From positions 6,904,101 to 6,968,100 of the forward strand of contig NC_092677.1 of assembly GCF_964355755.1 (NCBI RefSeq): DNA of 64,000 bases. Direction: 5' to 3'. Shown here piece after piece: positions 1-12,082 of this stretch (position 1 is the stretch's first letter; every line of letters starts with the position of its first letter). The stretch is from Antedon mediterranea (taxonomy: Eukaryota; Animalia; Echinodermata). The notes below the pieces were generated by a model. The model was not told the DNA's origin and did not search any database. It saw only the letters and a program-made list of their open reading frames with translations. The translations under genes and the position numbers were made by a program.

Positions 1-35
1 AGTGACAAGAAAAATGTTTAACTATGAATACTCAC

Positions 36-3000
36 CACATTGCAACTCAATAATTATTCCAAGCAGCAATGCTTGTGGAGGAACTTCTGATTGAGGGATC
101 AACGAACATGCCTAAGTTGAGGAAAATTCCAGTTATTATTATACAGTATAATATCTCCTTTGTGTCATTGTATGGACACATCACAACTTGTTGTCACATA
201 AAGTTTGATAGTGTGGACAGAGCTTTATTCAGATGAGCTTTTGACTAATAATCCCTTCATTAGAAAAGTTCCAATTTCTGTAGTGGTATTTACTTTATTC
301 TTGCCGAAAATAGAGTCACTTTAGTCGTAAGTTCTTGTATTTAGGGCACATCACACTTTTTTGTCAAACTAGTTTGATAGTGTAGACAGAGCTTTAAACA
401 AACATGCATATAAAATCTTAAAATTCTCTATGTGTTCTACAATAATCCTCAATAACATGATTAGCCTCATACCTGCATAATGCATCTCTTAGCCTTATTC
501 ATTTCACCGCGCATACAGAATGCCGTAGCCAGGTTGAATGCCATTGTGGCTTTTGCAGTCTGCAGTGTCTCAGGGTACGTCTGGGCTGACGCTCCTCCTT
601 CTGGCAATTCCCCATCTGTGTGATTTTCTGTTTTTTCCTTGTTTCCTAGTAATTTTAAACCCCAAAATATTGATTGAATACCTTTTGTAAAAAAATTATA
701 CATACTCATTGCCTGCTCTGTAAACTAAAGACAAAAAATGTGTGATGTGCCCAAATATGGTAGTGATATGACCAAATATGGTAGTGATATGACCAAATAT
801 GGTAGTGATATGACATCATTATACCAATATTGGGCACATAACATTTGTTACATTGTCACATAGTTTGATAGTGTAGAGAGAGCTTTAAGTTTTGTCTACA
901 CTATCAAACTAGTTTGACAAAAAAGTATGATGCGCCCATATATGATAGTAATATGACATCATCGTGTCCATATATGGCATATCACATGTTTTGGTCACAT
1001 ACAGTTTCATAGTGTAGACAAAGCTTTAGAAGTAGTAGCACTTCACTGTCTAGTTGAATGTCTAGTGGTGGAAACTTACCTTGATCACCTTGGTATAGAA
1101 TGCTCACATCACTGACATCAACAGATAAGTGCTTGATCGCTTCTGAAATTCTGTCAAGATATATTAATGCCTCAGCGCAGTACATGTGTCCAAGATACCT
1201 ACATACAAATGTAAAAAAATGTTGTTAAAACAAAATATAGTATATAACATTGCAAAGGCAGGTTGTAATGTTAAAGGTTGATAAAATGTAACCGTTCTGA
1301 AGGTCGAGACATATCTCAAGAACAATCCATAAGAACATATTATGCATTAACAGAGTTATATCCAGAGTTGAAAAAGTGCAGAGGCAAGCCCAACTGTTTC
1401 TTAGTAATCTAAAAAATATTTTTTTTAAAGATAGTTTTGAACTTCAGACAAGGGAAATGGCTTGCCTGCCACATGCTGGATACGGCCCTGATTAATATAT
1501 AATCATTTATTAATAACAAAGATACAAATGTGCTAACTTTAGAGATCCAGAGACTTGAGGTTGACTGATCAGTTTTTCTGCATTCTCCAGAGCACAAGTG
1601 AAATCTCTAAGACCCAGCTTCACATAAGCACTACATGCAAGTATGGAACAGCGGAGACTAATCACTTCACTGCTCTTTAGAGGTTGTGATGGTGGCGCTG
1701 GTTTTAGATGGAAGTATCCTTGCTGTTTGGAACTAATTAAAAAGCATTCATTATTATTATTATTATAAACAAGAGTGATCAAAAAGCTTTGACTTCTGCC
1801 ATGAAAACAGAATCAATAATTCTTTAAATAGCCTTTGAAACAATAAATTTAAACAAGCTATTCAGTTTGAAATCTAAAGGTCAACTCAGACAGTATCATA
1901 CGAGACAAAAAAAAAAAAATTATGCCCGACGTTATCGCAGAAGGACTCGCCTTGTCGGAATTTCAACACCGACAGGTCAAGACATTTCAACAGGCCTCGT
2001 CGTATGACGTACCCTCCTGAACAATAAACGCGAGGCAAATAAATACTGTATGTTGAAAATTTGTTAAGTACACATTTTATAACCTCTTTGGCAGTGGTAA
2101 GACTTATGTCCCTAGGGTGATCTATATGAAAAACCTTACCTCGGTAAATCTGTGCTGTCTGTCTCAGCACTACTGGCTGATTTGGTAAGAAGTGTAGTTG
2201 AGTTTTGCCATTCACACTCCAGAAGGTTGAATGCGTTACATAGACATAAATTAGCAAAGTCGAGAGTTGCCTCTGGCATAGCAGCAGACTGGCCATTACT
2301 AGAACTGGAACAAATATAATTTACAAATCCATTGGACAGGGTATGATTATCGCAATGCATGTTACAACTACAGCACCGTAGGTCTAGGCTCAAAGCCTAC
2401 TACAAAAATAGGAAGAGCATGCTGGAAATAACCATGTCATCTACTTCCCGTGGACCAAGAAAATGGTTTTATTTTTTTTATTTCTCCCTATTGATACTTT
2501 GTTCTACTTGTTGTTCTTTATATAAGGGAATGAGAGTTTAATTTAAAACATCATTGTACTGTACTAGGCCTACTATAAAAGTACTGCAACATCTAGCACA
2601 TTGTTCTACTTCATACCTGGCATTAGTTGATGTTCCCGACACTAATACAACTTTCCTGTATATGCCTGTTCCTACAACACTCTTCACAATGCCTCGATTC
2701 TCATCGCCATTTGTAGCAACATTACGTTTAACCTGACAAAACACAAGAATTTCAAATGTAATGATGGTGGAAAATATGTTATTGATACAAGCTAAACCTT
2801 TTCTTGATGAAAACATGTGCTATTACCTCAGCTTGTTTGTCTGCTAAAATACAACACTCAGCTATCCTTAGCCAAAGCTTAGCATTACAAGGGAAGATCT
2901 GTACAGCCTCTACTAGACAATCAAATGCCGATAATGGATGGCCAGAATGCAACAGCTGTATCCCAATGTTAAACAGCAGTTCAGAGTGGCAATTAAGACC

Positions 3001-6000
3001 TAGAGTTTTCATTGGTCTTCCTGAGAGTTCACAACCTACAAGAACAAGAATTAATAATATTAATATGATGCCGATGTAGCGAACACAAAATGTATGTTTA
3101 GGCCTAAAGTGTCTTTGTATACCAGAGATGGGCTTATTCCTGGATAATATGCTTATATCTCAGGGATGGGTTATACTGTACCATACCTTTTTGGGTGACT
3201 TTGTACCGACTCCACCACCCATGGGCTTAATCGTGTATATTGGGTTTTTTATCTTAGGGTTATATTTTGAATGGACCTAATACCAGATCACTTGCTAATA
3301 CATCAGGGTTACCTTGTATATATACTTGGGGGTTGCTCTATGTGTGGAGATGGGCTTACCCCCTCAGGGTGGGCTTATCTATTTGGGATATAATTAAACC
3401 TAAGGTGGGCTTATTACATTATACATTAATATAACATTGGGTAAATAAAAGGAAGAAATTTACTCACCATGTTTCTTCGGTATTTCTTGCACAGCATTTA
3501 TGTTTTCCTGAATCGCTCTACGTGCGTAGAACACCGCGAGGTTGTATTTGTGCATGTGGAAATGTATACAAGCGATATTATTATAGTACATTGATGAAAA
3601 GCATTCACCCGTGAAGCGGGAATTTGATGACTGAGGGGCGCTGTTGAGGAACTTTATAGCCTTGCGATAGTTTTGTCGCAAGTACTCAAAATTGCTCTTC
3701 ATGAAAAGGGTAGTGGTAGTCTGAGGAGTAAAAAAATATAACTCAATATACATCCAACCAAAGTTACTTGCCAAGTACAGGAGTCATTTAAAGCTTAATT
3801 TGGTATTGTGTACCTACAATTAATGTTTGATAAAAATAATGCATACTTACTGAGCCTGCCGAATTCATCATGTGTTTCAATTCCCTTTTGCATGCCTTCA
3901 TTGAGCGAAGACCTAAGAAACATCTTGTTTTACACTGCAAAGAAAAAACAGACAGATATATATTATAATTCCGTCACAGTGACTTTGTGTTACAACAACA
4001 TTCTGTATGTTACTAAAGCTTGGTTCCCACTAGGACAAAACACCAACACACGTAATTTGACAAATCACAAGAGATGTATTGTAATTGGTAAAATTGTTGG
4101 CTTTAGAGATATTCCTTGCCCTGCATCTTAGTAAGTACTAAGATTTAAATGACAGTTTAAGGTAATTAAATATAATTGGTAATGCAAAATAGTATTCCAC
4201 AGGTAAAACTGAAACCTCAGCTTTATTTATAATAATATAATATTTATTGGTTACTCTCCTTTAAAACGGAGGAACACTCTCGTAACAAGAGGTTCGACCC
4301 ATACAAAATGTTTACAAAATAAATTTATACAGTTATTACAATATATATATACAGGTACAAAAAGTTAATATTGGTTCACAATTACATAATTATTAACTCA
4401 ATATATAAGGCAAGAATAAATAAAGGTGCCTTTATTATTATAAGACTGGTTGATTGGTTTTTATATATTTAAGTATTTTTAGTACATCATAGAGCAATTA
4501 CCTTATTTAATATCGGTTTCTGCATTTCATACTTCTCACTAGTAGTGTTCTCATTCTCTTTTCCAGACTGTACATCAGAACCTTGATTTTTCTTAGGGGT
4601 AGGGTCGTTGCCTAAAAGTACTTTCTCCAGGTAGTTTAAATAGAACAGTGCTCTATCTGGTTGCTGGCTACGAAGATAGGTTTCGATCAACAACAGAAGA
4701 ACACTATGGGCTAGCGTTTCAGCTGCAAAAAATAGTTACATATAGTTACATCAGAAGTAACTCAACAGAAAATGATTATTTGAGTGTAATGCATGTATTT
4801 AATTCAAAAAATAAATTGGCTCTTCTTTTACTTTTACAAGCTATGCTCCTACAATTAAGGAAAGCTATGGCCAGTTGAAATACATTATCTATGCTTGTCA
4901 GTACCTCTACAAAATATCTATTAATTCCAGAGCATTTGACAGCTTAAAACTACTCCTGTTAGGCCTACATTTTTACATTAACAATATAGAAAGTCAAATG
5001 ATGAAATATATAAATTACAACACTCAGCTCACCACCAACAATTTCATTTAAACTTAAAACATGGAAGTCTGGAGAACAATAGTCATCAACATTAACAATC
5101 AGACATGATACCAGAAGAACAAGAAATGTTCGTTTTACCAAGTGGTTCTATAATTTGAAACAGCTTCTCCAAAATGCGCGTAGCATCGTTATATTGACGA
5201 AGATGAAACAAGATAACGGCATGGTTGAAGAAGAACACTCCTTGCACTGCATCCTCTAATGAGTCAAGTTCATTTAAAGATAGCTGGGCCTAGAAACATA
5301 ACATGTTTAATCAATTTACTGACACACAGGGATCGGAATATCCCACAAAATTTAATTGTAGCATTGAAATTATCTATAGATTCCACTGTGCTTGTTACAG
5401 TATATATTTCAATTCTTTAAGGCACATGGCCAACGATTACCAATAGTAAATTAATCAGTGTCCTATAAAAAGAGCTTTTTTTGTGAACCAGTTCACCGGA
5501 GCAACCCTTTACTCATCTTGTATGATAAACTGCGTTCTTTAAAGTACACACACTTTAAAATGTAAACTGGAACTATGGCATGTCGATATTGTTGGCTCAT
5601 TAGGTACTTTAACTGCTCGGCCATTTGACCCATTTTACAACTGACCATGACAGTTTCAGAAATTTACATTTATACATAATAATATGACACTGTTTTTTTA
5701 CTTATTTTCTTGAGATTTATAAATAATTGGTTGTCCGCTCTTGGCGGATAACCTCTTGTTATTGTCAGGATCTTTTTTTTTTTTTTCTATGTTATTCTTC
5801 TTTCTTTCCCAAAATTTTGTGTCACGTGTATCTCAAATTCTGATCAACATTACATCGTATAACTTTGTCAGAAGATTTACCTCTATGTGTAGAAGTGCAG
5901 GACAGCTCGTTTTTTTACTTTAGAGTCGCGCAGCGTAAGCTACGCGCGATTTTATGAATTTCGCGTATTTAACATAGACTAAAAAGCAAAAGTCATTTTG

Positions 6001-7406
6001 TAATGACACTTGGTGAACATTTAAGTCATATCAAGGGCAAACTTTCTATGGATTAAAAATGGCATGTTTGACATAAAGTTACGCGCGCACGCGCGTTTAA
6101 AATTTCAAATTGCGAAAAATTCATTTCTAATCAACTTTCTACGCGTTTCAGGTCATTTTGAGCATTTCAAAAATTCCCACGCGTGCGCATATTTTTTACG
6201 CGCGCGTGCGCACGTAGCGCAAAAACATCTTTTTTTTGCTTGATTTTTGTTTTTTCAGCCTTTTCTAGTACATTTACCAATTTTCAATCAATTTCGACTT
6301 AAAATCACGTCATACGAGCACGTAGAATTGAACAATTTGCGCGCGTTTTTGATGAAAAAGTTCAAAAATTTGTGAAAATTATGCCTTTTTTTAAAAAGTC
6401 ATAGATTCTAAACTCCGAGGTGAAAATATTTAAAATTTCAGATTCTGGAAGTAGATGAGTTGTTTTTCTCGAATCATGCATTGATATGGCTAACCAGACA
6501 TTGTGACGTCATCGTATGGCCACCCGAATATAAAATATAGGATTTTTTTCTCTTTCGTCATAGCTCGTCAATTTAATAGAGCGCATCTCTACTTATCCTT
6601 ATTCCATTTCACTCAATTTTTTTATATTGTCTAGATCAATCAATTACCTTTCGCATGATCCACCATTTTAAAAATTGTGATGACGTCATCATGTTCAAAT
6701 GCGTCAATAACTTTGGTCACTTATTTTCACCTATTCTGCACTGTATGTAGTACGTATACAGTATATAGTGTTATACCGTATATACTTAGACGCGACGCAA
6801 CATAGAGAGCGCACTAACGTTTTTCAATGCCATAATCGTTTTATTTTTTTGCGCGCACTATTCTAACGTATGACGTGCACGTGGCTTTTGCACTGCGGAT
6901 AACCTAACTCGTCCGTAGTGACGAGTTCAAATCTAGTTACCAAATGTATCTGTATTCATTTGCTTCATGTGGGTGACATGGATCATTTCTTGTTTATTAT
7001 TATTTATGGCAATAATTAATGATCCAACCTAACTTTTTTAATATTATTAGTATTTAAACTGGATTTCTTTAGAAGGTTGTAAAAAAATCACCCACATCAT
7101 ACCAAGTTTCATACAATCACAACACGTCTTACTCACAAGTTTTGAAGCCTGAGTTAAGTTGTTACGAAACTCATCAGTGTTTTTACATCCAGACTGATAG
7201 AACTGAGCAACAGCCAAGTTATGGTCAACTTTTGGATCACGCTTTCCATTGCTAGCCAGCTTCTTTAACTGCTCTACACACGCTGTATAATTACCAGCTT
7301 TGAAGCTCTCGCTAGCAGCAGTTGCTAGGCCTTTCTCTTCATTAGTAATCATCGTAAGAGTAGGCCCAGGTGAGGAAGTTATTTCACGTGCTGATGCTCC
7401 ATCCAT
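36..7406 (-). CDS. CNOT10: CCR4-NOT transcription complex subunit 10 (3' end lies outside the window)
   Basis: 12 coding exons with GT-AG sites and consistent phases: 7406-7137, 5289-5139, 4722-4502, 3934-3851, 3720-3468, 3035-2827, 2732-2617, 2304-2140, 1732-1538, 1198-1080, 645-473, 111-36. Peptides typical of CNOT10: [92 protein letters not shown]. An acceptor at 7417-7418 implies an upstream non-coding exon. Confidence 0.95.
887..1028. mobile_element. MITE with TIRs (family with several local copies)
   Basis: TIRs aagttttgtctacactatcaaact ... agtttcatagtgtagacaaagctt. Related copies or fragments at about 170-227, 340-396, 715-887 (internal 21-bp repeats ccaaatatggtagtgatatga) and 31975-32112. 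Confidence 0.75.
5727..6938 (+). mobile_element. Non-autonomous Helentron/DINE-1-like (HINE) element in a CNOT10 intron
   Basis: 5' palindrome ggttgtccgc-tcttg-gcggataacc (5729-5753). The inverted subterminal copy gcggataacc recurs at 6895-6904, followed by the hairpin aactcgtc-cgtagt-gacgagtt (6906-6927) and the terminus ctagtt. The interior is CpG-rich compared with the host intron. Confidence 0.8.
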
Positions 7407-8039
7407 TTTGAACTTTCTGAAATTTATTACAAATCAATATTATTTGTATAACTATAAGCCTACTGTAGGCATGATTAAACAAGGATATATAATTAGACCA
7501 TAGGCTAGCTTAAAATGTATAGGCTCTAGGTATTACCGTACTATTAATTATAATTATTGTATTTACATAATATCATATATACTATGGGTCTAGCTAGGCC
7601 TGGCCCTTTTTTAATTATCTATTTAGCCTGTCCTAAGTAAGGCTAAAGGTGAGCTAAACTTAGGCTAGCTAGCTAGGCTAGATTATAGAATAAGACAGAA
7701 GAGTAGTTTAGTGGCCTAGGCCTAGTAATAGAATAGCTAGGCTACGGTGTGAAGCAGCAGTAGCGCCCTACGACCTGTTAAACCTAGCCTAAAGATGGAT
7801 CATCATATGGCGTAGGTAGGCCTAGCCTCTAGCCTAGAAAAGCCAGCAGAGATGGCCCTCTGCTGGCTGCTCTGATCCTCCACTAGCTAGCCTATCTAGG
7901 CTAGGCCTACACAAAATACCTTAATAGCACACTTATTGTTAATATTACTAGGCTAGAGATGAATATTTTGGGAGGCAATGAGTTTAATTAAAATACAAGT
8001 ATACTAAATAATAACATTAAAAGTGAAATAAAGTACTCT

Positions 8040-8760
8040 TTTAAGTTTCACACAGCACAAATTTGAAGAACGAGAGAGAAAAACGTGACGCTGCTTCTCG
8101 TTCTATTTATTTGCTGCCCTCATCAATGTGTCCAGCATCCGTATGAGGCGCATTTAGTGTCATTACGTTCAGTCTAAATAATGAATGTACAATAGAGATA
8201 CGTACTGTACTAATATTATTATCAGGGATTGACAGTCTGTTAGTACCATAATACCCCTTTCACACCAAAACTCTGCAGTATCTCCAGAGACACCCCAAGA
8301 TTTGTGCCTATTCAAAACGTTGAAAAACTCCGGAGATACCCCATCACACTTATAAGCAACACACGTGGTTTTTTACGCTTGTCTCTTGTATGTTTCAGAC
8401 TGTTTAAATATGTTTAACACATTTCAATTTACATCATGATGCTACAGCTGAGAAACCAACATTACAGCAGGGATCATCTCCCTGCTGGTTGGATACGAAG
8501 GATCATGAACCGTTATTTATTATTTTTATTCTGCGACTTCTCTATTACAGTATAAAGAAAGTTGTGTTTATATAGTTATGAACTTAGAGGTTTCACATAC
8601 TCAAAAGTCTGGGACCATGTATTGTTGTTGCTAATTTAATCAAAACACCAATTGGCTGCCCATATACGCAACGTCACAAATTTTTGTTTTGTTTTTATTT
8701 TTGGTGATCGCGTGTCACACACGTCAGTCAGTCAGCCAGCTTGAGTGTAGGCCTAGGCTA
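8040..8760. promoter_or_regulatory. Probable shared divergent promoter region of CNOT10 and TRIQK
   Basis: Head-to-head genes. CRE-like (aacgtgacg 8082, acgtca 8671 and 8721) and ccaattgg (8648) motifs. TAGGCCTA-rich tracts on both sides. Transcription starts cannot be seen from sequence. Confidence 0.45.
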
Positions 8761-9304
8761 GGTCTAATGTAAAGCATTTTTTACTTATATTTGTATTATT
8801 AATAGTAAAATAAGGACATTTCAGGGGAAAAAAATAGACCACTGACAAACGTTGGTGAAGATGAGACGCTATGATATGGTTTTCTTTTATAAATGAATGC
8901 ATTATAACCTCCCGCTAGTCTAGCTAGCTAAGCTAGGCCTCTGGGAGGACTGGCCTCTGCCCTCCTGCCTGGGAGCGATTCGCGCGTGGTATAATAAAAA
9001 GGCAAGTAGCTAGTAGTAGTTGAGGGCAGGCCTCTTTCTAGGACTAGGTCTAAATAGTAGTACTGATCTATAGACAGTGTCCGTAGTCTCTATAGGCGAC
9101 AAGATGATCCGGCCCATGAGCTAGATATAGGGTTGACACGCCGACTTATTCAGGGAAGGGCGATGATGTTTTGATTATGTGTATTCTGACCATCATGTTT
9201 GTTTTGTTATTTAATTTTTATGTTTAAAAAAAATGTAGGACAGGTTGCTGTGTTAGTAATGATACAAACAGAGATATATAATTTATATCGTGCAAGTATT
9301 CAAG

Positions 9305-10281
9305 ATGGGAAAGAAGGACGTTCATGGGATAGCTCCTGTTGAGAACTACCGTAAAAGTATTGGAAAGCAAGATTACAAACGCAGCAAGAAAGACATAAAA
9401 GCAGCCAAGAAAGCCGCACAACAAAGACAAAGTGGAGCGTCTAAAAGCCGAATATATGTGTGTACCATCTGCAACAAAATTAATTTTATAATTAGTGAAT
9501 AGTTTGTAAATGAGCGGGAATAGTCATGAAATTATCAAGTAAAAAATCAATTAAAAAAATCAAAGCTAATAACATATTATAATAATGCTTTCTTTGTTTT
9601 TCAACTTTTTACAAAAACAAACAAATTATTCACAGTTTTTCTACGGTACAAGACACGTTTTTTAACTATAAGTTTTACTTTCAGGAAGGAATTCTTGTTT
9701 TAGCAGCATTGTGTGCCGTACTATGTTTCGTTTATTTTATATTTGCGATGAATATACGTCCAGTAGAAGATTCTACAAATAAATGGTTGGTTAAAAAAAA
9801 CTTCGTTTTCATTATGTTTTTGTATGCGAAAAAGTATATAAAAATCGTGTAAAAACAATATAAAAATTTATATCAGTTAGAGAATGTTTTTACAATCCTA
9901 ATTTAATATTGGCAAATCTGAAGATATTTATATGAATTTGTTTACTGTAAACCTAATGTTATTACTGTAAATATAATGTTTATCTATCAAAGCATCAAAT
10001 TTGAACCTAACCGAGTACACCAACTTTCCTTTGCTTTACATTACCTCCTAGTGGAGTAAATTTGTGAAGATTTAATTGCGTTTAAAATTGTAAATATAAT
10101 ACATGAGAAATTATTAGCTATACAATTGGCACTGAGAAAAAAACCTGTGTATAAGCATAGGATAATTAGTGCCCCAATGGTTTATTATGATTTTATACCT
10201 AATAAATTCATCGATGTCATTTTCCTCTACTGCTATTATTTAGAAACTAGTATTTTTGTTAATTTTTATTATCTTTACAGA
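9305..10281 (+). CDS. TRIQK: Triple QxxK/R motif-containing protein (small ER membrane protein), about 84 aa
   Basis: Exon 9305-9457 MGKKDVHGIAPVENYRKSIGKQDYKRSKK...SRIY resembles the TRIQK signature PVDQYRKQIGKQDYKK. Exon 9685-9785 EGILVLAALCAVLCFVYFIFAMNIRPVEDSTNK supplies the TM helix. The stop is probably a split codon TG|A using the acceptor tttacag at 10280. Without that splice the frame would end at about 9852. Confidence 0.88.
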
Positions 10282-12082
10282 TATTTGTTTATGGTTTTCT
10301 CCAGTTTATTACAACTGAATAATAATAATTCAGACCTTGGAACTATAGTTCCATGTTCAGACGTGCCTTAATTCATGCAATAAACCTCAATTTCAACATC
10401 AACCTTCTAAGGAAAAGAGAAGATGAAGAGAAACTATTTTTTTGAGATTGCACTAAATTCTGCAATACCTTTTTAATTGAGTATTGCAATAAATGTGTGA
10501 ATGTTTTTTAACCTAATTTTTCATGAATATTTTTACTTTTGGGAAACAAAGTGCCTTATATGTACATACAACACATAAGTAACACAAGTTACACCCAAAG
10601 ACCAATAAAACCTACACAGGATGATGCTGTTGTTCCCAACAAAATCATCTTTGATTCTGCTTTGAGTCCGTTTTCAAAATAACCCAAGAAAATATTTGTG
10701 TAGACATATTTTTATTATTAAATTGTGAATGACAACGTCCATATTCTAAAAAGAACTAGTCTGATAAATCATGGATAAATAAAGCTGTAGTTGTTTACTT
10801 CCAAGCAAGAATACTACTACTACAGGTAATGCTATCATGATCAAATCTCCAATGTGAACAACTTCTGAACGTTAACGTGTTTACATCTTATTATTAGCAA
10901 AAGTCTTGAAACTTTGGGATATCATATTTTATGACCAATGTACAGTATAGTGTGATATTTGATAATATAAATTTTCATTCAGTACTAAAATGTTTGTAGT
11001 GAGTAGTAATAAATAAAACAATACTAACAGATATGTATAAATGTGTTATTCTTATAGTCGTATACATACAGCGAAAATTATATTGAACTTGCGAAAAGAA
11101 ACGTAGTGTATAATATTGGATTACCTTGTCTCAAGGGGTGTCCTCTAAATAGAGGTTGGTTGTTAAAACAAATACCCCCACCCCGGTCGTTTCACAGAAA
11201 AGTGTCCCCAAGGGGAGAGGAGTTTTAGGTTCTAGTACTGCATTTTGATATATTATAAACCTGGAACTGCCCCCAATGACTGTCAATAGTCGGTCACAAT
11301 CTACCTCGTAACAGATACTGCTGCAGAATTAGGTGTAAATTGCTGACCTAGGTATATATTTTTAGTTGATAATTCGATGTCGCTCTTTTTATCAAAACGA
11401 ACAGACGACGTATCAACTAACGATGTTTGTATTTTGATAATCGTATCTTTCAAAAGGTGAAATTTTCGATCAAAAAGTGTACATAGCAGCAGGCCTATGG
11501 TCTGAAATGGTAGAACAATTTCGTGGCGCTTCTCATCCGTACGCGTGCGCATCGTCTAAGCCAATCACAAGTGATCGGTTTTTTAGAGGAAATATGTTTT
11601 ACTGTACAGTACTACTGTAATAATATAATTTTTGACTTCTACTTTAAATATTACACAATACAGGTAATATATTTTTATCGTAGATAAGAAGTACTTAAGT
11701 AGACCAAAGTAATACTGTTAGTATTTGCATTGTACCATACATTCACAGTGTTCATTTCAAAGTCCTCAAACACCTCTCGTGGTAGAAGCACCGTCATTAA
11801 AGAGAGCTTTTTATTAGTGACGAAATTCAGACAGACGTCAACTCATTTTACGCATTTTGTAGACGGAGTTCTTTGAGTTGCTTCACGTTTTTAGCTGATT
11901 TAGTATATGTTCAGACAGGTGACAACCAATGAAACAATATGCGTAGTTATTAGGTCCCCTGTCGTCGCAAATTGAAATCTCCTATTGTATTGATCAATAC
12001 CACCACACCCACCACACCCTCTGAAATTATCCTTAAAATTTCCTTTAAAATCAATCTATTATATGTTTTTTTTTAAAGTTAA

